Sequence record: MK327941.1
Length of the DNA: 64,000 nt
Strand: one strand, 5' to 3'
Source: Escherichia phage vB_EcoM_G37-3
The notes beneath the pieces are model-generated. The model was not told the DNA's origin. It searched no databases and saw only the letters and a list, made by a program, of their open reading frames with translations. Made by a program: the position numbers and the translations under genes. This document shows positions 61,863-64,000 of the stretch, piece after piece. The stretch's first letter is position 1. Every line of letters starts with the position of its first letter.

Positions 61863-62519
61863 TTAAATGTTCGCGAGAATCGCGCTTTCAAATTCTTCTA
61901 ATGTACCATTATTTATGATAATGGTTTCACCGTCAATAGGCAAAATTCCTTTTTCGGTGGAGTGAGTCGATACAATACCAGTATCACGATGAATATGCAA
62001 CACCTTAGCACCCATAGCACGCATGAGAGCAATTTCAATAGGCTGACGCACATCAACCACTACAAAATACCCTTCTTCATTTTTGCGCTTCATAAACTCA
62101 TTCACGAAGAGATTACACCAATAAAGCGGATTGATCAAGTTAACCATTATATCAGTACCGAGAGTGGTTAACATGAGACGAATAGACCAGACGTTATTAT
62201 GTTTTTCGCCGATCTCATTAACGACCTTGTAAATCTCAGCCAGACGATCACAAGTAAAGGAACTACCGCCATACTTCGAATCTAGCATAAGCAGACACTG
62301 AATAAACCACTTATGCGCGGTATAGGTATCAATACCTAGATCGGCTTCTCTGTCACGCCCCAACCCGTCAAAGTCAAGATAAGTCAGACCTAAGTCTGGT
62401 TGACATTCGCACAATATTTCTTTGATCGGTGCTGCCAGTTGATAACTATGTCCATCAATGATTAACGCGGCAGTGTCTTTTCCTACTCGCTTTTTACCAC
62501 AAAGTGCAATCAATTTCAT
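61863..62519 (-). CDS. 1: deoxynucleoside monophosphate kinase (gene 1)
   Basis: 218 aa; P-loop GKKRVGKDT; colinear with T4 gp1. Confidence 0.88.
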   Translation of the reverse strand: MKLIALCGKKRVGKDTAALIIDGHSYQLAAPIKEILCECQPDLGLTYLDFDGLGRDREADLGIDTYTAHKWFIQCLLMLDSKYGGSSFTCDRLAEIYKVVNEIGEKHNNVWSIRLMLTTLGTDIMVNLINPLYWCNLFVNEFMKRKNEEGYFVVVDVRQPIEIALMRAMGAKVLHIHRDTGIVSTHSTEKGILPIDGETIIINNGTLEEFESAILANI

Positions 62520-62534
62520 TATATAAGCCTCTTA

Positions 62535-63125
62535 TTACTTTCTAAAAGCAGGGTGCATAGCTTTAATACCTTCCACCCTCTGACGATCCGCCGCCTGAAT
62601 TGCTGGGCGAGGAACGATCAGTTGACCATCACGTTCAATGCTCATTGTTTTAAAGGGAAGAATTGCAGTACACACCAGAGATTCATGCATATCATCGGTG
62701 TATGTTAACTCAAGTTCCCCCAATTGTGAACACCAACAACCATAAAAGTTAAAAGTGCACACAATGTTACGTCGTTCGTTGTCCATCATGTGAACTTGAA
62801 CGGCTTCCGGCATTGAATCCTTCCACGCAGTGGAGTTACCGTTATTGTAGTCTACTATAGAAAGCATCCATGTGTAAAGGTTTAGATAGCTTTCCAAATG
62901 CTCATCGACAATAAACCGGACTACCAACGGGTCAAACTCCACATGACTAGACGGATAATCAGCGACCGCCAAACCATATTGTCCAGCAACTTGCTTAGTC
63001 GGTGGAATGGTTATAGCCGGAAGTGTAACACCTTGAGCATTTAAAGTAAAGCCTTTTGTTAGTTGTCCATCTGGAATATTGATCTGCCAGTTGCTGGGGT
63101 TAGCATAGTTAAAGAGATTAGACAT
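62535..63125 (-). CDS. hypothetical protein (196 aa), possibly gp3-like tail completion protein by position
   Basis: Lies where T4 has gene 3 next to gene 1; late-promoter-like TAATAAATA upstream; no motif recognised. Confidence 0.35.
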   Translation of the reverse strand: MSNLFNYANPSNWQINIPDGQLTKGFTLNAQGVTLPAITIPPTKQVAGQYGLAVADYPSSHVEFDPLVVRFIVDEHLESYLNLYTWMLSIVDYNNGNSTAWKDSMPEAVQVHMMDNERRNIVCTFNFYGCWCSQLGELELTYTDDMHESLVCTAILPFKTMSIERDGQLIVPRPAIQAADRQRVEGIKAMHPAFRK

Positions 63126-63315
63126 TACTGATTCCTCAAATGAAAATATTTATTAACAATTGTCGCTTTGCGACGTGCCGGAGGCATTGACTACTTTTTA
63201 ACCGAAACAAATTTTCTATTATTCTAAAGATCTTTCTTCGTTTTGGTTATGTTTTAACCAATAACTATATTTTTATACAGTAATAAATAAAACGGGTACT
63301 ATACGAGGACTTCTT

Positions 63316-63570
63316 ATGACAGAAGACATTTTGTTAAAACTCTATGATCGTCTGGATAACGAATTAGCAACATTGCGGGGTGAAGTTCTCTATTTGTCTA
63401 AATGCAATACAGATCTGCTTAAGCAGATTGCAGAAAGGGATGATCAAATAAAATCCCTTTCAGGTGCATTACGTGATCGCGACAAGGCATTAGAGATTTT
63501 ACAGCGTGTTACCAATAAGGAAGAATTAAAAGACTTCTTACATGGTTATGCTCATGCTATCGATCTATAA
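63316..63570 (+). CDS. hypothetical coiled-coil protein (84 aa), plus strand
   Basis: AGGA RBS; AT-rich upstream region; followed by a terminator hairpin. Confidence 0.55.
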   Translation: MTEDILLKLYDRLDNELATLRGEVLYLSKCNTDLLKQIAERDDQIKSLSGALRDRDKALEILQRVTNKEELKDFLHGYAHAIDL

Positions 63571-63571
63571 T

Positions 63572-63600
63572 AAAAAAGCCCGTCATTGACGGGCTTAATC
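63572..63600. terminator. bidirectional intrinsic terminator
   Basis: AAGCCCGTCATTGACGGGCTT hairpin with T/A runs on both strands, between convergent genes. Confidence 0.6.
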
Positions 63601-64000
63601 TTAACTATTGATCATATCAATGACGTTTTGTAGCTCTGATATGGATAGCGTTTCTGTATATCCATCGGGCATATCTTCTTTACTAACATAGAAACCTTTA
63701 TACTTTTTCTTTATTGCACATTCCATAGAAAGAGCATCATCACCGTTATCGTATTTTTTATAAAATGTCAACTCATGACGAAATATAGATTTTGAAGATT
63801 GGTTTTGTATTCTTTTTATTAATCTGTTGTTGGTTATACCAAATTTTATAGCAACCGCAACATCTTCTTTGTATAAAGTTTGTACATAAATGTATGCAGG
63901 TTTATTCCTCTTAAATCCATGATTGCTACACATAGGGCAACCGCTATTTTTTGATACGTAGTCTCCTAAGTTTGGCGTAAATTCATGTCCGCTACTACAA
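63601..64000 (-). CDS. GIY-YIG-like domain protein, 5'-partial (runs off window edge)
   Basis: AYIYVQT...KFGITNN resembles a GIY/YIG pair; reading frame stays open upstream of Met at 63933 to position 64000. Confidence 0.4.
   Translation of the reverse strand, partial: CSSGHEFTPNLGDYVSKNSGCPMCSNHGFKRNKPAYIYVQTLYKEDVAVAIKFGITNNRLIKRIQNQSSKSIFRHELTFYKKYDNGDDALSMECAIKKKYKGFYVSKEDMPDGYTETLSISELQNVIDMINS

Noticed and set aside
1-64000. CRISPR array or integrated mobile element (transposon or prophage boundary)
   Set aside because: No regularly spaced direct repeats with unique spacers; no integrase, transposase or att-like repeats; gene content is collinear phage core throughout

Overview
This window reads as a contiguous ~64 kb stretch of a T4-like (Tevenvirinae-type) myovirus genome, covering the early/middle replication, recombination and nucleotide-metabolism arm. 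Almost every gene is on the minus strand and the core order follows phage T4: rIIA, gp39 topoisomerase (a single unsplit gene), dexA, dda, gp56, gp61, gp41, uvsX, gp43, regA, gp62/44/45, gp46/47, gp55, nrdH/nrdG/nrdD, gp49, nrdC, dam, tk, 57B/57A and gene 1. Between these core genes lie blocks of small ORFs, most driven by their own sigma70-like early promoter in which the -10 hexamer sits inside an inverted repeat, followed by a conserved leader and RBS; these resemble the PeSL cassettes described for some T4-type phages. Features that stand out are: an eight-gene paralogous family bracketing the anaerobic ribonucleotide reductase locus (one copy frameshifted); three HNH homing endonuclease genes, one on the plus strand behind a late promoter; a TARG1/OARD1-like macrodomain; a Pol-beta-type nucleotidyltransferase; a Dps-like ferritin; an SF2-like P-loop NTPase; a 57B (Acb1-type) 2H phosphoesterase; an M15 endolysin flanked by arrays of tiny membrane-protein genes; and a structured non-coding RNA candidate behind a late promoter. 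No tRNA, rRNA or CRISPR array was recognised. All calls rest on reading the sequence and on remembered family motifs; no database search was run. Coordinates for promoters, terminators and sub-60-aa ORFs are approximate (a few nt), and start codons were refined from the ORF track by RBS and overlap logic.
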